Source: Octopus vulgaris
Lineage: Eukaryota
Assembly (NCBI GenBank): GCA_951406725.2
Contig: OX597819.1
Span: 22,506,001 to 22,570,000, forward strand
Length of the DNA stretch: 64,000 nucleotides
Reading direction: 5' to 3'
Part shown: one piece after another, positions 52,356-64,000 of the stretch
Layout: each line of letters begins with the position of its first letter
Position numbering within the stretch: the first letter of the stretch is position 1
Made by a program: the position numbers and the translations under genes
Notes under the pieces: model-generated
Told to the model about the DNA's origin: nothing
Databases searched by the model: none
What the model saw: the letters and a program-made list of their open reading frames with translations, nothing else

Positions 52356-52480
52356 GTAAGTTTCCAATATGATATAAATACACTGAATAACTAAACATTT
52401 AAAAATTGCTTGAGCACCGAATCGTTAATCTATTTAATCAATCAGTCTTTTCGTGTTCTTAACTGTGTTTCGCTCATCGA

Positions 52481-53055
52481 AGGCGGCGAGCTGGCAGAAA
52501 CGTTAGCACGCCGGGCGGTATTTCGTCTGCCGTTACGTTCTGAGTTCAAATTCCGCCGAGGTTGGCTTTGCCTTTCATCCTTTCCGGGTCGATAAATTAA
52601 GCATCAGTTACGCAATCTTAGTACGCCGGCGAAATGCGTAGCCGTATTTTTTCTGCCGTTACGTTCTGAATTCAAATTCCGCCGAGTTCGACTTCGCCTT
52701 TCATCCTTTCAGGGTCGATTAAATAAGTACCAGTTACGTACTGGAGTCGATATAATCGACTTAATCCGTTTGTCTGTCCTTGTTTGTTCTCTCTGTGTTT
52801 AGCCCCTTGTGGGTAATAAAAAAATAGGTATTTCGTCTGTCTTTACGTTCTGAGTTCAAATTCCGCCGAGGTCGACTTTGCCTTTCATCCTTTCGAGGTC
52901 GATAAATTAAGCACCAGTTATGCACTAGGGTCGATGGAATTGACTTAGTCCCTTTGTCTGTTCTTGTTTGTCCCCTGTATGTTTAGCCCCTTGTGAGCAA
53001 TAAAGAAATAAGAAACGTTAGCACGCCGGGCAAAATGCTTAGCGGTATTTCGTCT
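52481..53055 (+). mobile_element. Tandem array of Meta-like SINE units
   Basis: TTACGTTCTGAxTTCAAATTCCGCCGAG three times plus a fourth partial head. Confidence 0.88.
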
Positions 53056-53209
53056 ATATAGTTTCATGGCTGTAAATTTGTAAAGATTTGTATTATATTG
53101 AGTAAGATGTATGTATATCTTTATAATTAACAGGCCCCGCCAAATTTATTTGCCAATATTTGCTTTCACTATATATTAATAATTGTTCTGTATACTTTTA
53201 TTTTTATAG

Positions 53210-53277
53210 AAAGAGAAACTGACCAATCTAAAAATGAAAACGAAATCGAAGGCAATGCCAAAAGCAGTTTACCATAA
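53210..53277 (+). pseudogene. Paralog B terminal exon: (K)RETDQSKNENEIEGNAKSSLP*
   Basis: tttatttttatag|AAAGAGAAACTGACCAATC...CAGTTTACCATAAATTGAAGAAG aligns with gene A exon 5 AAAGAGAGACTTACCGATC...CAGTTTACTATGAACTGATGAAG. Confidence 0.7.
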
Positions 53278-54365
53278 ATTGAAGAAGAAGGATACAAGTA
53301 TCCAGAGATAAGATTTAAAACTTTGCGGACTGCTCGTGCCAAGGTCACCAACCACTATTGGTATTATGTCTACTTTCTTCATTTCCCTCAACCCGCATAT
53401 ATCCCCACATCAATTCATTATAGTTGTTCATTTTTCCTTCTTTCTCCTCTTGGGTCTCGATGTCACCAGTACCTGCTATTTCAATTACCAGACAAGTTTT
53501 TTTTTTATTTTCTGTTCGCTACAACAATGTCAGGTTTTCAATGTTTTATTTTATTGACACATTGAATCCCACAAAATTTTGCAATCGTCTTTCTCAGTAA
53601 TTCCTTCTGAGATTTGGTCATACCGAGTCTTTGATCTTCGTAGACCTTAAATTTCACAAAGCTCCCAATGGCTCATTCTTACCACATTATATTCACGCCT
53701 TTTATATTCACGTTGTGCCAATTTTGGATACTCACTAAAAATGTGTCACACTGTTTCACCATTTACACCACACATTCTGCATTTGTCGCTCTAGATTGTT
53801 TTATCATAACCGTTACCAGCAGGCGGCTACAGATAATCGAACCCTGCACCTCTCAGCTACCGGCTGAGCTCTCTGTACCCGAGAGAAGGCAACTGTTGGA
53901 AAAGCCGCGAGAACGAATTGGCCTCTATATCCATTGGTGTGACATATACCGTGGCACATTTCTTATCTCAAGTTTAAAAATGAATTTTTTTTCTCTGATA
54001 CAATAAATGGGAAAATCGGAAATAATTCTTTTGAAATTAGGGCCACCTGTCCCCCAACAAATGAATAAAGAGGGACAAGCATAAAGAATATTTCTTCGGG
54101 TTTCAATGGTTTTACGTAGTACCTATTTTCCTACTTACCTACCATCCTTCCTACCTACCTACCTACCCATCAACATAGCTATATATCTACTCCTACACAC
54201 CTATCTACCTAAATAAACAACGACCTACCTTCATACCTATACAAACGTGTATTCATACATACAGCAAAAGAATCTAACACCCTTCCTTTAAATCCAGTCT
54301 TTTAGCGACAAAGGGAAAATTTTTTAAGACATTCCAAAGATTCTCCATGGGAGAACCTGTGATTG

Positions 54366-54427
<62 letters not shown>

Positions 54428-54448
54428 AACACACACACACACACACAC

Positions 54449-54489
<41 letters not shown>

Positions 54490-54756
54490 GATATTATCCA
54501 TTACGGTGCGTGGATGGGTGCAAACTTGCTTTTAGAGAAAAGCAATAACTTACTCGTTTTCGTCATTAATATCAACAGCACAATGTATACCTAAATCTGA
54601 GGGAAAGAACTAATTAACACAGTGGGAATGGAATGTGATTAACGCATAATGCGACTATTCATGCAAGTGACAAATTATGTAATACAGTTCTAGAATTATT
54701 TCAATTTTCTGTAAGACATAAATGAAATCGTTAGTTGTTTGCCATATTTTATGCCC

Positions 54757-54926
54757 TGTCATTATTACCCCATTCGCTTTGAGGATAATTAAAGCTGTGA
54801 TTTATTGTCACAAGTCCTTTTTTATTAGTTTTGTTGATGTTAGATTAAATATAAATACGCATCAATTTTGCATTCGTTATTCTTTCAAATGTTGACACTC
54901 CTTTCTCTTTTTTGACATACGTAAGT
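54757..54926 (+). promoter_or_regulatory. Paralog C: promoter and non-coding exon 1
   Basis: TGTCATTATTACCCCATTCG, TATAAATACGCATC at 54850 (identical to copy A) and donor AC|GTAAGT at 54921. Confidence 0.7.
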
Positions 54927-55974
54927 GAAATTTTAAACATTTTATTTTTGTAATTAATTTATATGAAATATATACATTACTGCTTTCAATTATAACTCAG
55001 ATATAGTTTTAAAAATTTAATCTATTTGTAAGTCATTTTTTATAAATGTTTATTTAATACATGAAATCAGAAACGAGTCTAATATAACGATATCTAGCAA
55101 TATTTTGATTTCATTTTATTGGTAAAAGAACGGAAGAATAAGATTTATATATAAATTAATTGTATTTTCTCTGTTTTTTGTATGTTAATATATGTATGTG
55201 CGCGTTTGTATCGATAAATCACTTTATCTATATATCATTTGCTTTATAAGATACTGTATTTACTCGACACAACGAGCAGGGAGTGACGTACGTGTTAATA
55301 GCATGCGTAGTAACCCATTAACTGCCAATTGTTTGTTATATTTTTTTTGCTTTGTCAGATGTCTTAGGAGTTAAAATAATATTTAGTATTGAAATGTTCT
55401 TCTTATGCTAATTATTTCGTAAATTATTATAATTTTTATGAATAAATATGAATAAAAGTTTTTCGGAATGTCTCAAATTGGGATCGCTGAGAAAAGGCAT
55501 GTTTATCCTTTTCTATTCAGTTACAATAATAAACATCTGAGTTATTTTGAAACTAATGTCCTCTAAAATTAGTGAGAGCTAATAACCACAAACTTTAATT
55601 ACTAAATATTGGTAAACACACCTCTGTAAATGCAATGTACATGAGCAATTTATTTTTAAATACAACGAACAACCGGCAGTGAGACTGGTTTTAGCAGACC
55701 CCCAGATGGGGTTCATAGCAGGCAATGGGTTAATAACAATCCTTTATACTAGAATGTATGCTTGCCATATTGATGGGGAGATTATTCAGTATGTGAAAGG
55801 AAGCAAATGGTAATATGACTCCTAAATTATTGTCCTTGACTTTCATCCTTTTCAGGGTCGATTAACCTGAGTACTGGGGTCTATGTAATCGACTTACCAA
55901 CTCCCCAAAATCTCTGGCCTCATGACCGTATTTGAAACGTGGGATATGGTCAGTAATAGTGGTCACCGTTATGG

Positions 55975-57030
55975 GATTGTTAACAGAGAGTGAGAAAAAT
56001 TCAAATTAAATGAATTAACTCCAGACATGTTCAAATGTCTAGGTTTTGTTCAAGGACTAAATGCAAGCAAAGATACAGTTATACGTTCCCGGATATTAAC
56101 AAAATTAGAGCAAGACCAAACACTAAATCTACAGCCAGTAGCAGGAGAATGCCAGATTATAAATCTAAGACACGGCGCAGATAAAACTGAAGTAAAGGAT
56201 TGCTCTCATATTCATGCGACAGGTAGCGGATATCTAAAAAAGGAAAAAGCGCCAAAAGCGAATCCATGTTATGGGTGAGGTGGTCAACATTTTGAAAGTT
56301 ACTCTCCTTTTAGAAATATAAAAATTTTAAATGTAGTTTGATAGGTCATAAAAAGTCACGTTGTAAAACAAAACCTAAAAAACGGTTCAACAGAAAAAAT
56401 TACGTAAACAGGTTATCAGTGACAAGAAATACAAACGAGCCTCAAAGGAAATTTGTATGTGTAAAAATTAATAACACAAACGTAAAATTACAATTGGATA
56501 CGGGCAGTGATATCCCGATAATTAACACAGATACATGGAAAGAAAATCAGGCGACCTAAATTAAAACAAACTTCGAAAATTGCACATGGTGTTTCATGAA
56601 AAAAATTATATTTTAAAGGCGAAATGTTTAGTGACATTACATTTTGTGGAAAAACCTTAAAAACCAAAGTTTTATGTTGAATAATAGGACAAATTTATTC
56701 GGAACGGACTGGATAGAATTATGTAACTCATGGAACCTCATCATAAATGTTTTCTGTAAAAATGCGATTTTTTCCGCCATTACAAATAAAGCGTACAAAT
56801 AAGAGGAATTTTTTAAAAAGTGCACCAAAACAAAGGCGAAGTTTCGGGTGTAAAAAATGCTATACCGGCATTTAAACCAAAACGAAAAGTAACTTTCGCA
56901 GCGTTAGAACAGACAAACTTAGAGTTAGAGAGACTAGAAAATACTGGAGTTATACAAAATACTGGAATATTGTCAATGGGTATCTCCAACTCTATACGAT
57001 AGGAAAAAGAATAATAAAATCAATACTCGC
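55975..57030 (+). mobile_element. Ty3/Gypsy gag-protease-RT start fragment (decayed)
   Basis: DMFKCLGFVQGL gag segment, CCHC remnants (PCYG.GGQH, IGHKKSRC), protease LQLDTGSD and ELERLENTGVI. Confidence 0.88.
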
Positions 57031-57149
57031 TAGTCCAAAAAGATGATGTTCTGTCACATATGCTGGGATTATTAATAGGGAGTATGAAAAATTCAAATTA
57101 AATGAATTAACATGTTCAAATGTCTACTTACACCGTATCACTAATTCCT

Positions 57150-57530
57150 ACCTAGGGTTAATGAGGTTATCCACTGCTTTTAGGATTTGGAATAACTCCT
57201 CTGGGCAAAGTTAGCATCTCGTTCTACTTATTTTGTATGGTTTAGCTCTACTTAGGATTGACCATTTCAGCTCATATTCTGTTTTTACCTCCCCAAGTTG
57301 TCATAAAAGCTTGCTAAGTAATATCACATTTAATTTAATCTTGTGCCTAAATGACGAGACGTGGTTGCAATATCGTAGCTTCAATGTTGTGGTGCAACAT
57401 CCTATGTATTTGTAATTTGTGTTCTGTGTAACTACTGCACATCTATATACTATATTCCTTTCTAAGCAGGCTTTACTTAACACACATTCCCTATCTATTC
57501 TACAGTTACAACCGGCGATTCCCTTCCTAT
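57150..57530 (-). mobile_element. Penelope GIY-YIG endonuclease fragment
   Basis: CNCR...CVL...CLERNIVYRCAV...KYIGCCTTTLKLRYCNHVSSF. Confidence 0.85.
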
Positions 57531-57754
57531 TGCTGTTACTTTTAGAGTTATTCTCACAATTGTCATTATTATTTTTATCGCTTCCCTCATTATTCATATT
57601 ATTACTTCTATAGCAGTACTGTTACCGCTACCCCACTATTCTTGTCATCTACAGTAACATTTCCATTTATTTTGTCCTGCAAATTAGTCTTAGTTTTAGT
57701 TTTATCTTTTTTTTATTATTACCTGTTTTATTCCAGTATACCAAAATACATAGC

Positions 57755-57804
<50 letters not shown>

Positions 57805-58559
57805 CATATGCACAAATACATTCGTGTATATACGTGCATGGGTATATTAATACATACGCCTTACAGTACCTATTCACAAAGTAGATTTGGGAGCAATTAA
57901 AAAACATCCACCTTTTATCGACTGGTTCTTCACTTACAGTTCCTCTGATATTGAAACAACATAGAAGCACTTCGAGAGCATTGTTACTTATACATGCTCA
58001 AAATAATCTCCTTCGAAACTCACAAGCACAGACAGAAATAGGCTTCTAAGAGAGAAACTGTTCTATTCATATGCCAACAAGCATGGGACCGCAGTCTCAT
58101 CCGTTGACCCACTGACTGATAATAAAAGCATTCACCAACATGATACTATAGAAAAGGTAGAGGTACTGCAGAAACTGTACTGTTCTGTCTTTAGTCATCC
58201 CACTGATATTGATGTAATGGGTTTGAACAAACTCAATCCTCAACAATATTATCTGGGACATAACTTTTACTGTCTTAGGCATCATAGCAGTAATAAATGA
58301 AGGCAAATACTATTCTGCCATAAGCCATGATTGATTCCCTCGCTAGTGTCCCGAAGGAATGTAGACACCAAGTTGCAGTCCCTCTGGCCAACGTCTGGAG
58401 TAATTCCTTAGACTCAGGCTATATACCAAAACACTACTCATCACAATATGTCATCTTGGTCTTTTAAAAGGGAAACAGGTCTCTCGCAGTCCACTATCAC
58501 CCAATATCACTCATCTCTCATATCATAAATGTGTTTGAAAGGGTAGTGTGATCGAGGAT

Positions 58560-60020
58560 AACTGGTTTACTGGAGACCTAAATCCACTCAGCATAGCTTT
58601 CGCTGCGGCAAGGTCTGCCTAACACTGCTCTTACAGCACTTCGATGATATCCTTAAAGCCTTGGGATCAGTTTCGAAATCTGATGTCGCATACGTTGACT
58701 TCAGCAAAGCGTTCGACAGAGTCAGCCACAATAACCTCTTGTCAAAATTGTCAAATGTTCGGATCCGTAGAAATTGTTACACTGAATTAAGAATTTCCTG
58801 GTGAACAGAACAAATTAGGTTGTGCTCAATGGAAACCACTCAAGCCCTGCCAGTCACTAGTGGTATTCCGCAGGAGATTCGTTCCTGTTTATAATCTGTA
58901 TAAACGACATCCCAAGCGTCATCAAACACAGCAATGTAAAAATACTAGCAGATGACTCCAAGCTCCAGAAAATTATCAGTGGAGAAAGCCGAACTGAACT
59001 CCAGTATGATTTATATGTTGTAAGCCAATGAGGAGTCAAAAACAAAATGCGGTTAAATAAGAGAAAATTTGAACTGATGCATTTTGGAAAGAAGACCACG
59101 CTCAACCAACCATATTCTCTTTCTTCGGGGGAGCCACTCCCACGTCAACAATAACGTTGATTTAGCCGGCAGGACGAGCTTTTGGATCGTCAGAGCTTTC
59201 CGTTTCAGAGAGCAACATGTCATCACTCCTCTTTTTTCTCATCCTCTGCACGGTCACATCCAAAATACTGCTGCCTGCTGTGGTTTTCTCACATAAAACA
59301 TTTCATGAATTGAGACATCCCAGAGAACATTCACTAAAAGAAATTAAGAGCATGACTGATCTTGATAATTGGGACCGCCTTAAATCATTGAAATTTTTTC
59401 TCTCCAGCGCCGACGTAAGTACTACATAATTTGCACAAAGTGGAGAATATAATACCAGCATTGCCCAGATGACCTTAACATTATATTCACAATTCATTCA
59501 AGGCTGGGGCCACGTACCATACGTCGCTTACACAATTCAGGATCACAACACATAAATTAACTGCAGTACAATATACAGTTCAATATTTAAGAGATGAGGA
59601 ATTATGTACATTATTTATATTATATACATTCGATGGATATTTGTCCTCATCTTGTTTGTTGTTAGCACAACGTTTCGGCTGATATACCTTCCGGCTGAAG
59701 AAGACACCTGAAGAAGTCTGGAGGGTATATCAGCCGAAACGTTGCGTTAACAGCAAACAAGATGAGGACAAATATCCGTCGAATATAAATAAAGTAAATA
59801 TTGTAAATAATTTGCAGCACAATATCTTTTCCTCATTGAGCCCTGTTCTATTTAACCCAAACCAAATCAAAGATTCCTTCACCTTCAAACGAACCTTGGA
59901 CAATTTTTTCCAAGGGATACTATACTAGATAAGCCACCTATACTTGGATACATGTGTCAAAAAAACTATCTACTTGAATGAACCATACTACCACACAACT
60001 TGGATTAAAATGACCTAGCT
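58560..60020 (+). mobile_element. CR1/L2-clade LINE RT region (decayed)
   Basis: DVAYVDFSKAFDRVSH, SGIPQ, INDIP, LADDSKL and WDRLKSLK. Confidence 0.85.
59575..59812. mobile_element. Palindromic hammerhead-bearing insertion in the LINE
   Basis: Inverted arms at about 59625-59693 and 59717-59787. ACAC-CTGAAGA..CAGCC-GAAACGTT-GCGT. Flanked by TGCAG(T/C)ACAATAT at 59562-59574 and 59813-59825. Confidence 0.7.
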
Positions 60021-60201
60021 GATCCTATTAAATTAGATATGGCCTGGGTCAATCTTTGACAGAAATATATCGAAGTTATTTAAGTTATGTATATCCAGAG
60101 AATACATACACAGGTAACCAATTGTGTTGTTCGCCTCTTTCTCGAAATTTAACCACCACAGTTATTAGTTCGATCTTTTCCAATTACATTTGTACTTTCA
60201 G

Positions 60202-60280
60202 GTCAGTATGACACGACTATTTCCTTTTTGCTTGTTGGTTTTGACAGCAGTAACAACTTTTGTCGAAGCACATGCAATCA
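60202..60280 (+). CDS. Paralog C exon 2, signal peptide: MTRLFPFCLLVLTAVTTFVEAHAI
   Basis: tgtactttcag| acceptor, ATG at 60208, A|gtaagt phase-1 donor. Downstream exons were not found in the window. Confidence 0.85.
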
Positions 60281-60421
60281 GTAAGTTTCCTATTATATAT
60301 GTAAATACTGAATAATTAAACTTTTGAAAATTTCCTGAAAACTAATTCTTCCATTTTTTAATCAGTCTTTTCTTGTATAATTATGATGCACTTACCGATT
60401 TTGATCACAGACTGCTTTGTG

Positions 60422-61242
60422 TATTCGTAAGATTATAAACCTGAAAAATTACAGGACAAGTTATCACACTTGGAAAACTTTAAGATAACCTATTACATCT
60501 GGCAAAGTACAGAGCAAGAAAATCTTTACTTAAAATATTGCAGCTAAGGATATAATTTCAAATGAAATATTTAGTTTTAGAAAATATTAGCTTTTATTAA
60601 AACTAAAACTTTATAACAAGTTATTACATCTATTTGTTATTACTTGTTACTTCTATTAAAAATAAAATAACTCAATTAAAATATTGTTTGCGCTTTAAAC
60701 AATTCATTTTTGAAATAATTAATAATTAGAAATTTGAAAATATGTTTTAAGAATAATAGTAGTACATGATTAGTTAGTACAATAAACACAATAAAACAAA
60801 AATTAGTCATATATTACAGTAAAATCTACCTATAACAATAAATTCACAGTAAAAATTGCTTGAGCTATTGCCTAAGTTATTGCCAAGTCTTCACATTTTT
60901 AGTCTTGACCCAATGCCTATTTTTTACATAATGAATTTGCCTACCATACATAGTATTCTACTTTACATAAAACTTCAGCTACATTGGTACTTCTGTCTCC
61001 CATTTTTTAAAGCATTCTACTATGTCAATATTTTAAGAAAATGATGGAACAATTTTTAATTATAATGTTACTTTGTAAATTAAAATCTAATAATTTTTAA
61101 TATTCAAATTTCATCCTTAGCTGCAATATTTTAAGTAACATTTCTCTCGTTCTCTATTTTACCAGATGTAATAAGTTGTCCTGAACTTTTCCAAGTGCAA
61201 TAACTTATCCTGTAATTTTCCAGGTTTATAATGTTAAGAATA
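60422..61242. mobile_element. Foldback/MITE with long inverted ends
   Basis: TTATAAACCTGAAAAATTACAGGACAAGTTAT...AATATTGCAGCTAAGGAT is mirrored at about 61110-61231. Confidence 0.8.
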
Positions 61243-62036
61243 TTGTTTCTCTTGCTCGCATTTTCCCATGTAATCCATGTTTTTCCATGCTATGCTATTA
61301 TTCTAATTAATAATGTGCCAAATGTGCCAATTAGCGGAGTCGTTGATAATTTTTTCCTTACCTCAATGATATTTTTTGCTTACGTCAATGATATTTTTTT
61401 CCCTCATATATTAAAAGTCCCCTTATAGAACTATATATATATTCATAAAATGTATAGAACTATATCATTAACCTCAAGTTTGGGAAACAAACACTCATAA
61501 TTTATTTTTCTTTTAAAACCACATTCCATAAGATTGACACCATAAAATTCCACGAATTGCGCTCCATCATTTAAGCTTAATTAAAATATAGTTTGTTTTC
61601 AAAATAAAGAGTTAATTATACTTAAATACAATTTTTTACCTTATATATTTTCTCGTGATATTTTACCTCATCCTTTTTGAGTCAAATTTTTGTTGCAAGG
61701 GATCAAAACTATATATATCTTCATGCTTTCTTCTATCATTGAAGCTAAAATAAATATATTTTACTTTTAAAATAAAAAGTTATTTAGATCTAAACTTGAT
61801 TGGCGGCGTTACGTACTCTCCGATAACGTTGCTACAAATTTTGTTGTAAACTTTTTTCTACTGGATCAAATTTCAATGTTTTTTATGCCAAAGTCTAGCT
61901 AGGGCTAGTCCTCTTCAAAAATGTTAACGGTTTTTAATTTAGTTAAGAACTGAATTAGCGACAACTCTGAAAGTTGCTGCTTGTGAGTAAATTACGGCCG
62001 TAAGTATATTATTCAATTTCTACCCTAGTTGAACGC

Positions 62037-62236
62037 TGTATGTATGTATGTATGTATGTATGTATGTATGTATGTATGTATGTATGTATGTATGTATGTA
62101 TGTATGTATGTATGTATGTATGTATGTATGTATGTATGTATGTATGTATGTATGTATGTATGTATGTATGTATGTATGTATGTATGTATGTATGTATGTA
62201 TGTATGTATGTATGTATGTATGTATGTATGTATGTG

Positions 62237-62305
<69 letters not shown>
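62037..62305. repeat. (TATG)n(TA)n microsatellite
   Basis: Direct observation. Confidence 0.97.
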
Positions 62306-62307
<2 letters not shown>

Positions 62308-63309
62308 TTGTGTGTCTGTGTAAATATCTAAGAATGTGGTTTGCAAATTATTTTAATATATTTGTTAGCAAGTCTCATCTATTTTTAATATAACCAATCT
62401 TGCCTTATGTTGCAAGCATGTTGTCAACAACTAATATATATCAAACAACTGAACAGGATTTCCTTCACGGTACATCGACTATTTTTTACGCCGAAAAGAA
62501 TAATACGATAACTAGTATTGCAATTTCGCTGATAGGCTCCTTCACACGATTCCGAATTGAGCGGTTCTAACTAATCACATTAATATAAGACAAATATAGG
62601 ATGGAGTTGGGTTAGGTAGAATTTGATTAGATAATTGGTCTGTTCGAACCTGAGAATTTTTTTTGTTATTACAAGAAATTATCGCCGTCTGTCTCCTTCC
62701 ACTCATTTCAAGTGGCGATGTAAATTTTCATTGAGATATTAAAATGTTTCTTGGAGGTAACATTCATTACATAATATAAAACACCTCATGTGGATTACGT
62801 TTATTGGGAGAAGAGATATAATATGGTGTGATGTCACCTCTCTACATATCTTCTGGCACACCGTTTCAATATTTCATAAGCTCCATGTGGGCAATAAAGA
62901 AATAATATTTCATAAGTTTGTGTAAACAAGACTTGGACATTTGACTTCAAATATTTTATTATTAGTTACATTTATTATAGCTAGCTCATCTGATTCCTTA
63001 GCCTATAAAATTTGGTCTTGCGTTCCGTAATATGACAGCATTTGACACAAGGCAATGTTTTGATGTATTAGAAAATAATGAGCGTCTTACAAACCGGCCA
63101 ATATCGTATGCTGTGCTCTTACTGTTGTTGGAGTTGTTGTTTTTGTTCTTCTTCTTTTTCTTCTTCTTGCTTTACTTCTCAGTGCGCTCAGTCGTGTTTG
63201 TTCTGGTTGATTCCGTGAGAGCGGATAACATCCTGCTGTCAGACGTTACATGGGATCTCTTTCCGCACAGTATAAGCTTTGATACTTGTTTGTTAGTATC
63301 GTGAGAGTC

Positions 63310-64000
63310 ATTCAATAACCAAGTACCAAAATGCTAACTGTCCCCAGCAGAGCATTTTTTTGTTGGGGGAGGGGCGGTCTGTTCTGTTCTCATGTCAATT
63401 CCGATTTCTCTAACATATTTCTCAAACTTGGTTGTTCGTACTCCGAGTGCCCCTACAACTACTGGGATGATAGACACTCTCCTCAATGCCCTCATTCTTG
63501 CAATTTCGTCTCTTAGAAGTCTGTACTTTTCAATCTTTTATAGTTCTTTGTTATTTATGCGTGCACCCCCATATATTGCAATATCTATAATCTTGCTTTC
63601 CTGTTTTTCCTTTATCTGCCTCAACAATATTTGATCTCCGAGCATTGATTAGGGAGTCACATTGGATTGCAAAATCCTACAGTATCTTATATTCCTTGTT
63701 CTCGGTGACTCCTGGTTCATGTTCGTACCATTTCCATAATCTGTCCGGGAATCACTTTTCACATAGCCTCCAGTGGACAAACTTGGCTACATTATCGTGC
63801 CTCCTTTTGTAGTTCCTTTGGACCAGCTTGCTACACTCACAATATGTGAGTTTCGTTTTTGCTGCAAACATCCGCAGCTCTAATCTATTTGGAACTTGGT
63901 GTAATTAGTTTTCAGAGATTTACCTGGGCCCTGCATATCACTGCCCCGATGCATCCTTTCAGGTCACTTTGTATTAGCCATCCCCAAGTGCTGGTCTTGG
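63310..64000 (-). mobile_element. R4/Dong-type RLE C-terminal fragment (decayed)
   Basis: TWGWLIQSDLK, KLVQRNYKRRHDNVAKFVHWRLC, KILxDFAIQCD and PVVVGALG. Confidence 0.85.

Noticed and set aside
60290-64000. Cysteine exons of paralog C
   Set aside because: No acceptor followed by the C-x5/6-C-x6-W pattern was found; presumably beyond the window.

Overview
Repeat-dense, AT-rich eukaryotic genomic DNA. The SINE families and microsatellite load suggest an octopod cephalopod (inference). Most supplied ORFs are microsatellite artefacts or decayed transposons: Tigger, mariner, hAT, Helitron, Penelope, CR1/L2, RTE, R4/Dong, Gypsy, MITEs and tRNA-SINEs. Among them is a tandem/divergent cluster of four paralogous spliced genes that the ORF track misses. 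Copy A (minus strand, about 41.3 kb to 15.7 kb) can be assembled completely with canonical GT-AG junctions and consistent phases. It encodes a 137-aa precursor: signal peptide, a 10-cysteine region of two exon-encoded modules, then a KR site and a short C-terminal peptide. Copies B and C (plus strand) and D (minus strand) share the TATA promoter and non-coding first exon. B and C also share the 73-nt signal-peptide coding segment. B has lost both cysteine exons, and C and D appear to run out of the window. A second theme is a set of minimal hammerhead-ribozyme-like motifs inside palindromic or inverted-duplicated elements in (TA)n tracts, probably remnants of Penelope-like terminal repeats.
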